Below are positions 49,062-59,400 of a stretch of 64,000 bases of DNA, piece after piece. Position numbers and translations under genes: made by a program. The notes under the pieces were generated by a model. That model saw nothing but the letters and a program-made list of their open reading frames with translations. It did no database searches and was not told where the DNA came from. The stretch comes from a virus (lineage: Duplodnaviria > Caudoviricetes): positions 35,065-99,064 of IMG/VR virus record IMGVR_UViG_3300028797_000135; one strand, given 5' to 3'. Position 1 is the first letter of the stretch, and every line of letters starts with the position of its first letter.

Positions 49062-52000
49062 TTAGTATGACATAACATATATTTTTCCATCCAACTTGAC
49101 AAACCTTATCGTAGCTACTGCTATATCAACAAGGCTGTAATGAGCCCTAGTTGAAGTCGGATAAGATTCAACATTGCTGTGCTTGTGGAATTTCGGGTAG
49201 AATCCGTACGAGTACGTATTATCTACTACCGCATTACTTCCCCAAAAACATACAACATTCTGGCACGTACTGTTGTCTGGGTTATAGAACTGGATGCTCA
49301 TAGATGGGATTTTTCCACCGCTTCCACTATATGACGGATTCGATACAACTTCGTCTGGATATGCCTGTTGCATAGCAGTACCCAACGTATCCACTGAATA
49401 AGGACCTGTGGGCAATTGAACAATATGAATGTTCACTTCGTATACAACCCCTGGTTTCAAGTCGTTAAAATCTACATATAGAGACATATGTGAATTGGTA
49501 ACCCATTCAACCACATGCTCAGTAGGCTTTGTATTAAGAACACTCAAAGAATGCCACTTATACCAATCGACAACATTGGACTCACCAAACCTAAATAGCC
49601 CACTCTTATCATCCGAACTATATGGTCCATACCATGTACTACCTACTATTCCAATGTCATCGGCGACGGACTTAAATCCACTCTGGTTGGGACGAACTAT
49701 GGTAAGTTTATCCCACCCAAACCCTGTCATAGAAGTTATAGGCGCAACGTTATATTCTTTTTGGTCAGGATGCAATGGGTTGGTCAATTCAGACAAATCG
49801 AAGTCGGTAATAATAGTATGCTGTGACATTCCAGCACCACCGCCACCTGGCTTCCATGCGACAGTGGCAACATTGTCTTCTGTTCCGACAACCGTAAGGA
49901 CATCGTTGATTGCAGGAGCACCCCCACTTACGTCCTTATTGCCAAGAACCATCTTGTTCATGAACAGGCCAATGCCACCCAAAGACCAAATCATCGGGTA
50001 GTTCTTGCTGTTTCCAGTGATAAAGGAGCCGAACTCCGAAATGTAATTGCTGGCCGAACTGTTATGTGGACCAATAGTAGTACCATCCAATCCACCCAAT
50101 ATGAGTTGGTTATTTATGCTTGAAGTGAGTGTCAATGAACCATAGATATGCAGGTTATTGAACGTCGAACTCTTTAGCGATATCATCTGTCCGACCAACG
50201 TAGCAAACTTAATCGTTGCCGATTCCAGATAGTGCTTCGTGCCAGATTCATAAACGTACGAACAGTCACACATTGCAATGCTGGATTCGGACAGTTTCAT
50301 CACACCGTACGCAAAGCTATGTGTAGCCGAAGACGAGGTCATCTGCATTATGCTATATCCAAGTGATATATCAGAGAATAATATGTTACTCTGACTAGCA
50401 GAGCCATTGATATAATTTGTCGCTATGGAAGATGAAAATAGTTTAATTATACTGTGGCAAATATTTAAGGCCTCTAACGTGTTATCCTTAAACCATGTGT
50501 TCTGATACGGGCAATTGCCGCCATAACCATATCCATCCGCAGATACATCAGAATACAGGATTGACGAATGAATGATACCAGCCGACGTAAGTGCCACACG
50601 GCTATGGCAAATATCACTATTCTCAGTTGGGGCATTTCTCTTACTCCAAAAATGTGATTGGTTTCCCGTAATATCAGAGTAAAACAATGACGCTCCAACA
50701 TCGTATTGCAATGCAGAAGGGAGTTCGGAAACACCATCGTTAGTCCATGTTAATCTGGACATCCAGATGGCTGGCATGTGATGCACCCCATACGCAATAA
50801 TGTCCGAGTAATATATTCCTCGGTTACTTTCCGTTACCTCTCCGACTACACGAGCACAATAGATACTCTTGATATCAAGCGATGCACCTAAAATACTGGT
50901 GTGATATGCGCTTTCTACCGTGGACTTTTCAGCGATAATCGCCGATGTTGCTCCACCGATAACTGTCGTGTTGGTCGCAGCGAGCAACATGCGGCATGTC
51001 GGTACTCCTACACTCGTCTTTTTTAACGTGTTAGTATCACCAAGAACCAGTGAATGAACCGAGCCCAACAACGCATTGCTAAACCCATTCAATACAGTGT
51101 TGTGGTCTGAATCGGTGACGATATTATTCATGCCGCTCAATATACTATTGTAATTGGCCGTTTCTGAAATAATACTGTTCTTGGCCGCATTGAAATTATG
51201 GTCTCCCTCACTAACACTTCCTTCCATGAGAGCGTACGAATCATAGCCAAGCTTAGATTTAGCCTTTCCATCGAAGATTTTAACCGCATCGCCAACACAG
51301 AGGACGGCGACATAGCTCAATCCAGATTCACTATCGGCAAAACTTGGCGTTTCGATAATGCTGAAGGTAAATCCGTTAAACACGACAACATGAGCATCAT
51401 CGTCTCCAATAGCAAGATAAACTGCCTGAGATACACCATCTGGGGTAGTCGTACGAATGGTAGTTCCTCCTCTACCCGTCATGGCTCCACCAATCGGGCA
51501 TACACCACCCGTTCCGCCAGTCATACCAGCCCATCGTACATTCGAGCGAATCTTGTTGATTTTATCGCCAGTGCTATTTGCAATAATTTCATTCCAGTCA
51601 GCAGTTGTCGGAATCCTCCATCCTGTTGATGCCAAACGCTGGTTGATTTTGTCATACGAGTTTAATTTGTCTATCTTATACAGTTGAATTTTCGGCATCT
51701 TCAACGTAGCTTTTCTCTTGAACTTCAATCCAGTATAATCACGTACACTAGCAGACTCCGTGTAATATACCGTGTACGAACGTTCGGTTTCATAGTTTTC
51801 AAACGAACGGGTAATCTCAGCGACAAAATCACTTCTCGAAGCCAACTCAGTAGGATAATTTGGTGTCGTTACGCCGTCATCATCTGTCTGAATTCCAGAT
51901 GCAGTCTTAGTTACTGTTATATAAGGACGGTAATCGTTTATTACACCCTCACCCGCCCAGTCAGTTATTTTTCCTACGGCATTTGCAAAGTCATTTGTGT

Positions 52001-53999
52001 CGGCATCATCGGGATAGTCGTACGTAATGCTAGTGTCTTGGGTATTTGGTTTAAGGAAAGTGTACATCTCATAGTACAAGTTAGTACGAACCCATAGCTT
52101 ACCAATACGTGTAGTATCCGTTTCACCATCGGTATTGATACTTGGAACCATCTCCAAATATTCATTGCCATCGAACAACGCATTAGCGTATGTAGGAGTC
52201 AACGATGAGTCTGGCCTAGTACCATAAAATGCAGAATAAAAGTCTTGTGACGAGCCTGCACCTTCGGTAAACCTAGCAAGAAAAGTGTGATAAGGTGTTG
52301 CCTGAGGATATCCAATTCCTCCGAAATGGGGCATACTATCTGAATACAGGGCTGGAATCGGTTTTCCTTCTTCCAGTGCAAGCCTGTTCCTGACAGAGTT
52401 GGAGTTATAGTCCCGTGCATCTACGAGGTTCCTAAGTCCAGTAACATACTTGTCCTTCTGCTGGATAGCTTCCTGCTTCGGGCAGCAACCCTGCTTGGCA
52501 TTCTTCTGGTTACGGAGATAACCCATTTCAATCTGCATGTTGACCAGTGCTTCCGCCATAGAAGCGTTTGCAAGCAACTGGTTCTTGTACCAATCGATTG
52601 CATCGTCCTCGTAAAGGTTGTAGAACACAGCGCTTTCACGGATTACAGAAGAATCCTCGACAGCAGCAGAAAGGTCGATGAAAACATCAGACTGGAATTC
52701 AGACAAGCCTTCGCCAGAGTCGCTCAACGTGACAGGGGAATCCCATTCACATACAGCAAACAGCACAGGTTCGGCCTCGGTATCAATCTGGTACTGAGCC
52801 TTCATTTCAGCGCTGTCATCAGAGCATCCGTACTGCCTCATCGGGACAGCATAGATACCAATTCGGTTGAATTTAAACGATACTTGCTTGGTGTTGAACA
52901 GTTGATGTTCTTCTTCTGTTGCCTCTGGATTCAGCGTTGCAACATTCTCCTCATCAGCCATTTCAACGTCTTTGAAATAAGCACCATCCTCAGCATTTCC
53001 ATTCAGTTTCAGCTGGACTTTCAACTTGATTCCAGTAGCATACTCGTTGTCGTCAGTCTTTGCCGTGCTAGTCACAGAGTAGTCGCTAATCGGGAAATAC
53101 TTCGTAGCCTTAGCCATGTTGCGGCAACCAGTATTTTCGTCATACAGGAGGCCAGAAGCGTTAACTGGGGCACAATACTTGTTGAAGTTGGAAATGGAAA
53201 GCACTTTCCAATACTGTCTGCAGAATTGGTTGTAATCCATAGTCGGGGCATCGTTCTGCGTATACGTGTTTACAGAAGGGAACCAACCATCGAAGTCCAC
53301 GCCTTCGTTAGTAATATCGGTCAAAGCGTCCGCATAAGCCTGTTCACCGTCATCCAGTTTCGGAAGACCGTTCTTGTAACCTTCGTAGTTACGGAAGTCT
53401 GCGGAAACCCTTGGAATCGTCAGGTCGCTTGAATCCTTGTCAACTGGATAGAAGTTTTCAATACGGTCATTTCCCGTACCGAGGAAGATGTTCATGCCAT
53501 TGGTAGACCATCCTTCTCCCGCAGCAAGTACACCTGTGTACAGCAGGGGAGCTGGAAGCGGAATCTTAGACTTTGCATAGTCAATACTGTTGTCATCACG
53601 AGACTCATTGACCTTGACACCTGGGTAAACACATGCACCCTTCAAGCCGTTCTTTCCATCAACGAAGGTAACGAGGTTATTTCGTCCGTCCTCGTCCAGC
53701 ACATATCGGTAGTTCTTCTTGATATTGCTGTCGTAGTTTACAGCCTTGAACTTGTCACTTGCCTTAGTAGTCTGGTAACCGTCGCCATTCATGTCGCCTT
53801 GGAAGATGTTGTAGATGATATCTCCCTCTTCCGTAAGCTTCGTCATGTTAGGGCCCAGCTTTTCAGCAGTCTCGTCCTGCAATTCATCAGGCACGAACGC
53901 CAGAGCGTACCAGCCAATCCACCAATGCTGGCCTGTTGCCTTAGATGAAGAAGCCAATAGTTCAAGTCCCTTATTAGTTATCTGTGTTTTCGCTGCCAT
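49062..53999 (-). CDS. 1645-aa tail fibre / baseplate-attached protein
   Basis: N-terminal ITNKGLELLA fibre-attachment motif; FKFNRIGIYA..VLFAV; central GWRIPTTADWNEI module; beta-helix-like C-terminal half. Confidence 0.65.
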   Translation of the reverse strand: MAAKTQITNKGLELLASSSKATGQHWWIGWYALAFVPDELQDETAEKLGPNMTKLTEEGDIIYNIFQGDMNGDGYQTTKASDKFKAVNYDSNIKKNYRYVLDEDGRNNLVTFVDGKNGLKGACVYPGVKVNESRDDNSIDYAKSKIPLPAPLLYTGVLAAGEGWSTNGMNIFLGTGNDRIENFYPVDKDSSDLTIPRVSADFRNYEGYKNGLPKLDDGEQAYADALTDITNEGVDFDGWFPSVNTYTQNDAPTMDYNQFCRQYWKVLSISNFNKYCAPVNASGLLYDENTGCRNMAKATKYFPISDYSVTSTAKTDDNEYATGIKLKVQLKLNGNAEDGAYFKDVEMADEENVATLNPEATEEEHQLFNTKQVSFKFNRIGIYAVPMRQYGCSDDSAEMKAQYQIDTEAEPVLFAVCEWDSPVTLSDSGEGLSEFQSDVFIDLSAAVEDSSVIRESAVFYNLYEDDAIDWYKNQLLANASMAEALVNMQIEMGYLRNQKNAKQGCCPKQEAIQQKDKYVTGLRNLVDARDYNSNSVRNRLALEEGKPIPALYSDSMPHFGGIGYPQATPYHTFLARFTEGAGSSQDFYSAFYGTRPDSSLTPTYANALFDGNEYLEMVPSINTDGETDTTRIGKLWVRTNLYYEMYTFLKPNTQDTSITYDYPDDADTNDFANAVGKITDWAGEGVINDYRPYITVTKTASGIQTDDDGVTTPNYPTELASRSDFVAEITRSFENYETERSYTVYYTESASVRDYTGLKFKRKATLKMPKIQLYKIDKLNSYDKINQRLASTGWRIPTTADWNEIIANSTGDKINKIRSNVRWAGMTGGTGGVCPIGGAMTGRGGTTIRTTTPDGVSQAVYLAIGDDDAHVVVFNGFTFSIIETPSFADSESGLSYVAVLCVGDAVKIFDGKAKSKLGYDSYALMEGSVSEGDHNFNAAKNSIISETANYNSILSGMNNIVTDSDHNTVLNGFSNALLGSVHSLVLGDTNTLKKTSVGVPTCRMLLAATNTTVIGGATSAIIAEKSTVESAYHTSILGASLDIKSIYCARVVGEVTESNRGIYYSDIIAYGVHHMPAIWMSRLTWTNDGVSELPSALQYDVGASLFYSDITGNQSHFWSKRNAPTENSDICHSRVALTSAGIIHSSILYSDVSADGYGYGGNCPYQNTWFKDNTLEALNICHSIIKLFSSSIATNYINGSASQSNILFSDISLGYSIMQMTSSSATHSFAYGVMKLSESSIAMCDCSYVYESGTKHYLESATIKFATLVGQMISLKSSTFNNLHIYGSLTLTSSINNQLILGGLDGTTIGPHNSSASNYISEFGSFITGNSKNYPMIWSLGGIGLFMNKMVLGNKDVSGGAPAINDVLTVVGTEDNVATVAWKPGGGGAGMSQHTIITDFDLSELTNPLHPDQKEYNVAPITSMTGFGWDKLTIVRPNQSGFKSVADDIGIVGSTWYGPYSSDDKSGLFRFGESNVVDWYKWHSLSVLNTKPTEHVVEWVTNSHMSLYVDFNDLKPGVVYEVNIHIVQLPTGPYSVDTLGTAMQQAYPDEVVSNPSYSGSGGKIPSMSIQFYNPDNSTCQNVVCFWGSNAVVDNTYSYGFYPKFHKHSNVESYPTSTRAHYSLVDIAVATIRFVKLDGKIYVMSY

Positions 54000-54024
54000 A
54001 TCGATAGTCTCTGAAATACATCAA

Positions 54025-54071
54025 TAGTTTATAATGTGTCACAGGCACCGTTTCGTGCCTATTATAAACTA
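54025..54071. promoter_or_regulatory. divergent pair of late boxes (54025-54033 minus; 54063-54071 plus) flanking a small hairpin
   Basis: TAGTTTATA...AGGCAC-CGTTTC-GTGCCT...TATAAACTA; 25-26 nt from both ATGs. Confidence 0.7.
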
Positions 54072-54097
54072 TATTCAGAATTAATCGAGGATTATTC

Positions 54098-55240
54098 ATG
54101 ACCAACCGAACCAAGATATTCACTGAATCCGTGTCCCAGCTCGGGGTAGGGAAACCTGAACTAGAAGCATTGACACGACTGTTCAAGGTGTGTCTCGAAA
54201 GCGCCCTAGAAGAAGATGACGAGGAAGACTATAGCGAAGACGGATTCATTCGGAACGCATTTGACAGCGACGAAGACAATGCAGATGCATCTACTCTCAT
54301 TAGTGCAACCTCATTCGGAAAGGAAGACCTGCCCGATGACATATCCAAAGAGGAAACAAGTCCTTTCGACTATCCTATTGAATGGGAAAATAACGACAAT
54401 GAAGACGACAACGACAATGACAACACCCCGATGGAAGCATTCAATGCTACGGCAGGAACAAATCTAACCAAAGCCTATACACTGCTTGCGCCAAAATTAC
54501 TAGCCAAAGGATGTTGTAACGCAAATAACATAGATAACCTTCACGAATTTATTAACTGGCTTCTCTCTGTATTCGAAACTAAATTCAAGTCTGACACTGC
54601 CCTAAATACTTTTGCAAAAGACACAAAATACGATGCCAACCGCATGGATAAGGTCATCAACGTCATCGATAACGGCAAAAAGACAGCCCAACTTTTATCA
54701 GAAATCAATACTACACTCGAAGACGCTCTTGTAAACGCAACGCTTAACAACAGTAAGGCCATATCCAATGCAGCAGGTCAAATCAACAATTACATTGTTA
54801 AGAGATTTGACCACGCAGCATCAGAAAGCCAGATGACAGCCGAACAGAGTGACCCAAACGTAATCACAAAATGGGATGGCGTCGGCTTCGTTGATATTGA
54901 TAGAGACGTTGACCACATGGACCCTAATGAAGCACCAGCAAGCCAAGAGGAGATTAACAGTAAATTCGACAAAAATAAAACTGCTACACAATCAGACCCA
55001 GCAATCTTCAAAGAAGATTCCGATATAGACGAGATAGATAAGGCACTAAATGCCTTTATCAGCGTCATACCGACCGCTGCTGTTAAACCTGATGAGGCAG
55101 AAGCATTTAATAAACCTCTCGACAAAGCCTTGATAGACACTGCCAAAGAGATGGCAGAAAAACGTGCCAGCTTAATGAAAAGCCATGCAGGTAACATTGT
55201 CGATTCGTCCGTATTGAACTACGACGACGATGACCTATAA
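54098..55240 (+). CDS. acidic protein with shared N-terminal leader motif
   Basis: RTKIFTESVSQLGVGKPELEALTRLFKVCLES followed by an Asp/Glu-rich linker; SD GAGGA. Confidence 0.8.
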   Translation: MTNRTKIFTESVSQLGVGKPELEALTRLFKVCLESALEEDDEEDYSEDGFIRNAFDSDEDNADASTLISATSFGKEDLPDDISKEETSPFDYPIEWENNDNEDDNDNDNTPMEAFNATAGTNLTKAYTLLAPKLLAKGCCNANNIDNLHEFINWLLSVFETKFKSDTALNTFAKDTKYDANRMDKVINVIDNGKKTAQLLSEINTTLEDALVNATLNNSKAISNAAGQINNYIVKRFDHAASESQMTAEQSDPNVITKWDGVGFVDIDRDVDHMDPNEAPASQEEINSKFDKNKTATQSDPAIFKEDSDIDEIDKALNAFISVIPTAAVKPDEAEAFNKPLDKALIDTAKEMAEKRASLMKSHAGNIVDSSVLNYDDDDL

Positions 55241-55258
55241 TGAATATTTCCTATTGAT

Positions 55259-55289
55259 AAAAATGCCGAACACTGTTCGGCATTTTTTT
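55259..55289. terminator. bidirectional terminator
   Basis: AAAAATGCCGAACA-C-TGTTCGGCATTTTTT. Confidence 0.85.
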
Positions 55290-56499
55290 ATTCAAATGTT
55301 ACAGTCATCTTTGGCAGCGATGGGCGCCCATCCAAATCGCTCGCATTGATTACTGGAATCGTATCATCCTTGGCCTCAGCCCTGATGTGTTCAATAAGCT
55401 TCTTCACCATAGACTTCTGGTAAGCCGAGTACGAACCTATCTTGGAGAACTTGTTCTCGGATGCCACCAGCACAATGGACACAGCGTTCTTGTTTGCCGC
55501 CTCGTCGTTGTATTCGACACCGCTAGCATAATAGGCATCTTGGTCCAACTGAACGAATTGCAGGAAACCTGAGTTGTTAAGGATGCCTGTCGGGGATTCA
55601 GATGCGATTTCAGGGTCACCTTCTATCTGTCCAACAAGGTAATGGGCACTTGACTGAGAACCTTCCTTCATAAACTCGTCCATCATTTCTGGGAACGTCT
55701 TGGAATCGCTTATGCCAATGATAATCTTGTCAATCTTCTTGTCGAATCTCGAAATGTAGTTCCTAGTCAGAGACAGTTCAACCTCATCAACCTTCTTTCC
55801 ATTCGCATCGTTGATTGGAAGGAATGTAGCACTCGGGTCGCCCTCGACGATTACAGACGGTTCATTGGTCTTGTTGTCTGCAGTCGGGTTGTTGTAGGCT
55901 TCGATTGTCTTTGCGGACACATGAGGAATGGTCAGATACTCGCTTCCCTGATTCAGAACACCCTTTCCAACAGGCATCGCTGTGAAAATGTCGATTGAAG
56001 CCTCTGTCAGCACAGCATGTTCAGCTACACCTTCGTTATTGTTGGCTCCTGTTCCAGCATTCGTGTAAGCCTTGTCACTGCTAAACAGTATCTTACTTTC
56101 ACCGTCCCATACGATATGTCCACCATTTGGACAATCTATCGTACTCAGCTGTTTCGCCCTATCGTAATACCTCATGAAGCCGTCACCGCCAAGATTGTAG
56201 ACAGCGACATTCGGATATGAGTTCTTCGCAGTGTAGTTGTAATCAAAGAATCCGTCCTTGGATGGGGACACGGCAACATACCTTCCCTGCCGTATATCCC
56301 CGTCGATGAAGTACACTTTCAGGTAATACCCCTTTTCTGGGACAGCATTCAGGCAGGTCATGTCTGGGCGTACGAAATACTGAGCATCGTCGTCAATCTC
56401 GTCAGTTTCACCAATGATTCTAGCCTGCACACCACCCCTCAGTTCGGGGTCAACCTTATTCGTCACGACCAAGGCATCGTACAGAAAATTTTCTCTCAT
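55288..56499 (-). CDS. baseplate hub protein, gp5-like OB-fold N-terminus with degenerate Amidase_2-like C-terminal domain
   Basis: VVTNKVDPELRGGVQARIIG...VPEKGYYLKVYFIDGD (gp5 OB fold); SSAHYLVG..QFVQLDQDAYYASG..NKNAVSIVL (amidase fold); ATGA coupling. Confidence 0.7.
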   Translation of the reverse strand: MRENFLYDALVVTNKVDPELRGGVQARIIGETDEIDDDAQYFVRPDMTCLNAVPEKGYYLKVYFIDGDIRQGRYVAVSPSKDGFFDYNYTAKNSYPNVAVYNLGGDGFMRYYDRAKQLSTIDCPNGGHIVWDGESKILFSSDKAYTNAGTGANNNEGVAEHAVLTEASIDIFTAMPVGKGVLNQGSEYLTIPHVSAKTIEAYNNPTADNKTNEPSVIVEGDPSATFLPINDANGKKVDEVELSLTRNYISRFDKKIDKIIIGISDSKTFPEMMDEFMKEGSQSSAHYLVGQIEGDPEIASESPTGILNNSGFLQFVQLDQDAYYASGVEYNDEAANKNAVSIVLVASENKFSKIGSYSAYQKSMVKKLIEHIRAEAKDDTIPVINASDLDGRPSLPKMTVTFE

Positions 56500-59400
56500 T
56501 TGTCCCATATACTACCACACATCTCTGCTTCTTCGGTTTCATCAATGTTGTAGTTCATGTTCACGTCACTCTTTCCCGTGTTCACGAACGATACCTTATT
56601 AACATATATTTTCCCGTGCGGGAGGTCTAGGTACTTGATGAAATCGTCGAACACAACCTGTATCGGCTTGAAACACTTGATGTTCTTTATCAGGGTGCTA
56701 ACCTTTTCATCACCGACAACTCCGTTGTCGAAGTTGGCATCGCTGCGGAACTTTACCTTTACGTGCGGTGTCGGGACCCATTTGCTTATCTTGCCCTGTT
56801 CATAATCCGAATTTTCACGGATACGGACTTGGTCTTCCTCGATAAGCTCATCATACGGGCGGTCAACATCAGTCCACATCGTGATGACCTCGGCGACAAG
56901 GCCGAAGGTTTCCATCAGCATTTCAAGGCCAGGTTTGGTTCCACCCAACGTGTAATACTGAGGAAGGTTGGACACGGTTTCCCTAACAGCCTTCTCACGG
57001 GCTTCCCTCGTGGCGTACATGCGGTTGGCATCGACATCGTTCTTTGCGTCGGTTATGTCATATCCCATGAATCTTGCCAGATAACCGATAAGGTCATAGT
57101 CAATTACATTGGCATCACGCAGATAGATGAGTCGTTCCAGTTTTTCAACGAGAGGATACTTCATGTCAGGTATTCCCTTGAACTTTTCGTCCATGTCGTA
57201 TCTAGGAGCGACAGACGCATAGTCGTGCTTCGAGTTGAACTGAGGCATCGGCTGTTCTGTCGAATCAAGGTTCTCTACATACGGGCTGGAGAAGTTGTAG
57301 CTCCTTATATGGAACGGCATAATGTATGAGGAAATACCGTTGTCGATATCCTCTCCCATCATACGCTCGACTTCTGGATAGGTATATGGATGATACACAT
57401 ACTCGTCAATCATCTCATCGACGGTAGCACCGTCCCACTCGTTGTTGTGATACCTATCCACATCCAGCTTCTTGATTTTCATGATGCGCTTTTCGGAACA
57501 AGGTGTCCATAGGCCCTTCTTGACAATATACCGTTTCGGCATGTCGTCATTAAGATTGTCGTAGGCAAACACCAAGTCGCCTTCCTCAAAGTCGTACTCA
57601 CCCTCAATACAATTCAGGTACTGCTTGTATAGCCCAAGAGGTTCCACATTGTCAATATGGTTCTGCTCTGGGATGTACACACCCTTGAACACATATCCGC
57701 CAAGCACGTCGATTGGGCTAAGCGTCTTGTCGGCAAACTTGTAACGGAAAGCCTTTTCGCTTATCACATTCAACACTTCGGCATTGTAGTATTCGTCATC
57801 CTTGTAGATAACAATCTTCGTGCCTTCCTTGTAACCATGCGGTATCTCAGTTTCAACGTAATCCAATGTGACATTACCAGCGATTTTATCTACAATCGCC
57901 GTGCCATACTTGAAGATTTCATACACGGATTTACGGTTCACCGTCACTTCGCTTACAAGATACTTGAACCATTTTCCTTCATTACATGTCATCTTGCAGT
58001 TGTTGACTGCACGGCCAGCAGATTCTGGAATGCTGTTCGGAACAACCTTGTAAGTGAACATACGAGGTGTCACGACCGTATCGACAACGAAACGGCCATC
58101 AAATTCCAGCGGATAAACCTGCCCGATGTACACACAGCTCTTCTTAGGAACCAAGTCCATCCTGTCATGCACAACGACCGTGACCGTATCGTAACCGTCG
58201 AATGTTATCGATTCAATCAAGTTGTCGTCACCCTTTGCACTCGACGGGTTGGTTGAACTGATGTCCATGATATTCTGATGGCTATACAGATAGAACGGAG
58301 TCTCGATGGTATCGCCAGAGAGTTCAACCCAATCCATGATGCCAACCTTGTAAAACTGTCCATCAACATTCAGCACATCGCCGTCTTCAGGAGAAACCAT
58401 GGAATATGAGTTTTCCAACGGATTGCTAGAACTGGATGAACCAGTCTCATAATGCAACCACGAACTACCAGCAAGCGGCACATGCACAGCATCCAACTTG
58501 ATGCCATACACATAGTCATCAACTACGACATCAACCTTATGCTTGCTTCCAAGCACAGAGTCAATCCATCCCGCATTATCCATATTGGTCGGGGCATTTA
58601 GCACACTCACCTTCGTATAGATTGAGTAACCGTGCGGATATGCAGTGTGTATGTACAGATAGCCACCCTTGTACTTTGTTCCTTCTTGGTCATTGAGGTA
58701 GTAGTCTATCCTAGTTATCGGATTGTAAATGTCACGATATCCTGTTATCTTCGCAGTTCCAGTTGCAGTTACGTTAGATTCGTCATAGTCAGAATGCCTG
58801 ATGTAAGTAAATTCATTCTCGTCAACCACAGTAATGGTATCGAACTCATTTACTGGCGTATTGAAGTCAAACATTTCATACGGGCTAACTGCACCAGTTA
58901 CCCTCACTTTCGCATTGTTTGGAAGGTTATGCTTTGTCGCCTTCACTCGCACAACATAAGTGCCAGCTTCGGTTGCATCTGCTGTCAAGTTCTCGGCAGT
59001 TACTTCAAGCGTATTGGAAAGTCCTTTCAGGGTAATTCCTTCACCTGGAATGGTTTTTGCAACAGAGTAGTTTTCCATGTTCTTCAACACGATGTCATTT
59101 TCATCGTATGTCGTGTAGAACTCGCAAAAACCAGTCCTAGCCTTTCCAGACGTATTGTACGTTGCCATGTTCAATAGGAAGTCCCTATCCTTCCAGCCGA
59201 AGATAAGCCTATTGTCGTCCGCCTTTTCAATGAACAGCCTGTTCACGACATCGGTCAGCTTATCATACTGTCCAACATCGACAGACTCACCATAATCCAG
59301 CTGAGATGTGCGGAATATTCCTTGCATGTACTCGTTGTAGATTGGTTTCCTTGCAATGTCAGCAACAGTGTACATATAAGGCACAACAGCGCCATTCTCC

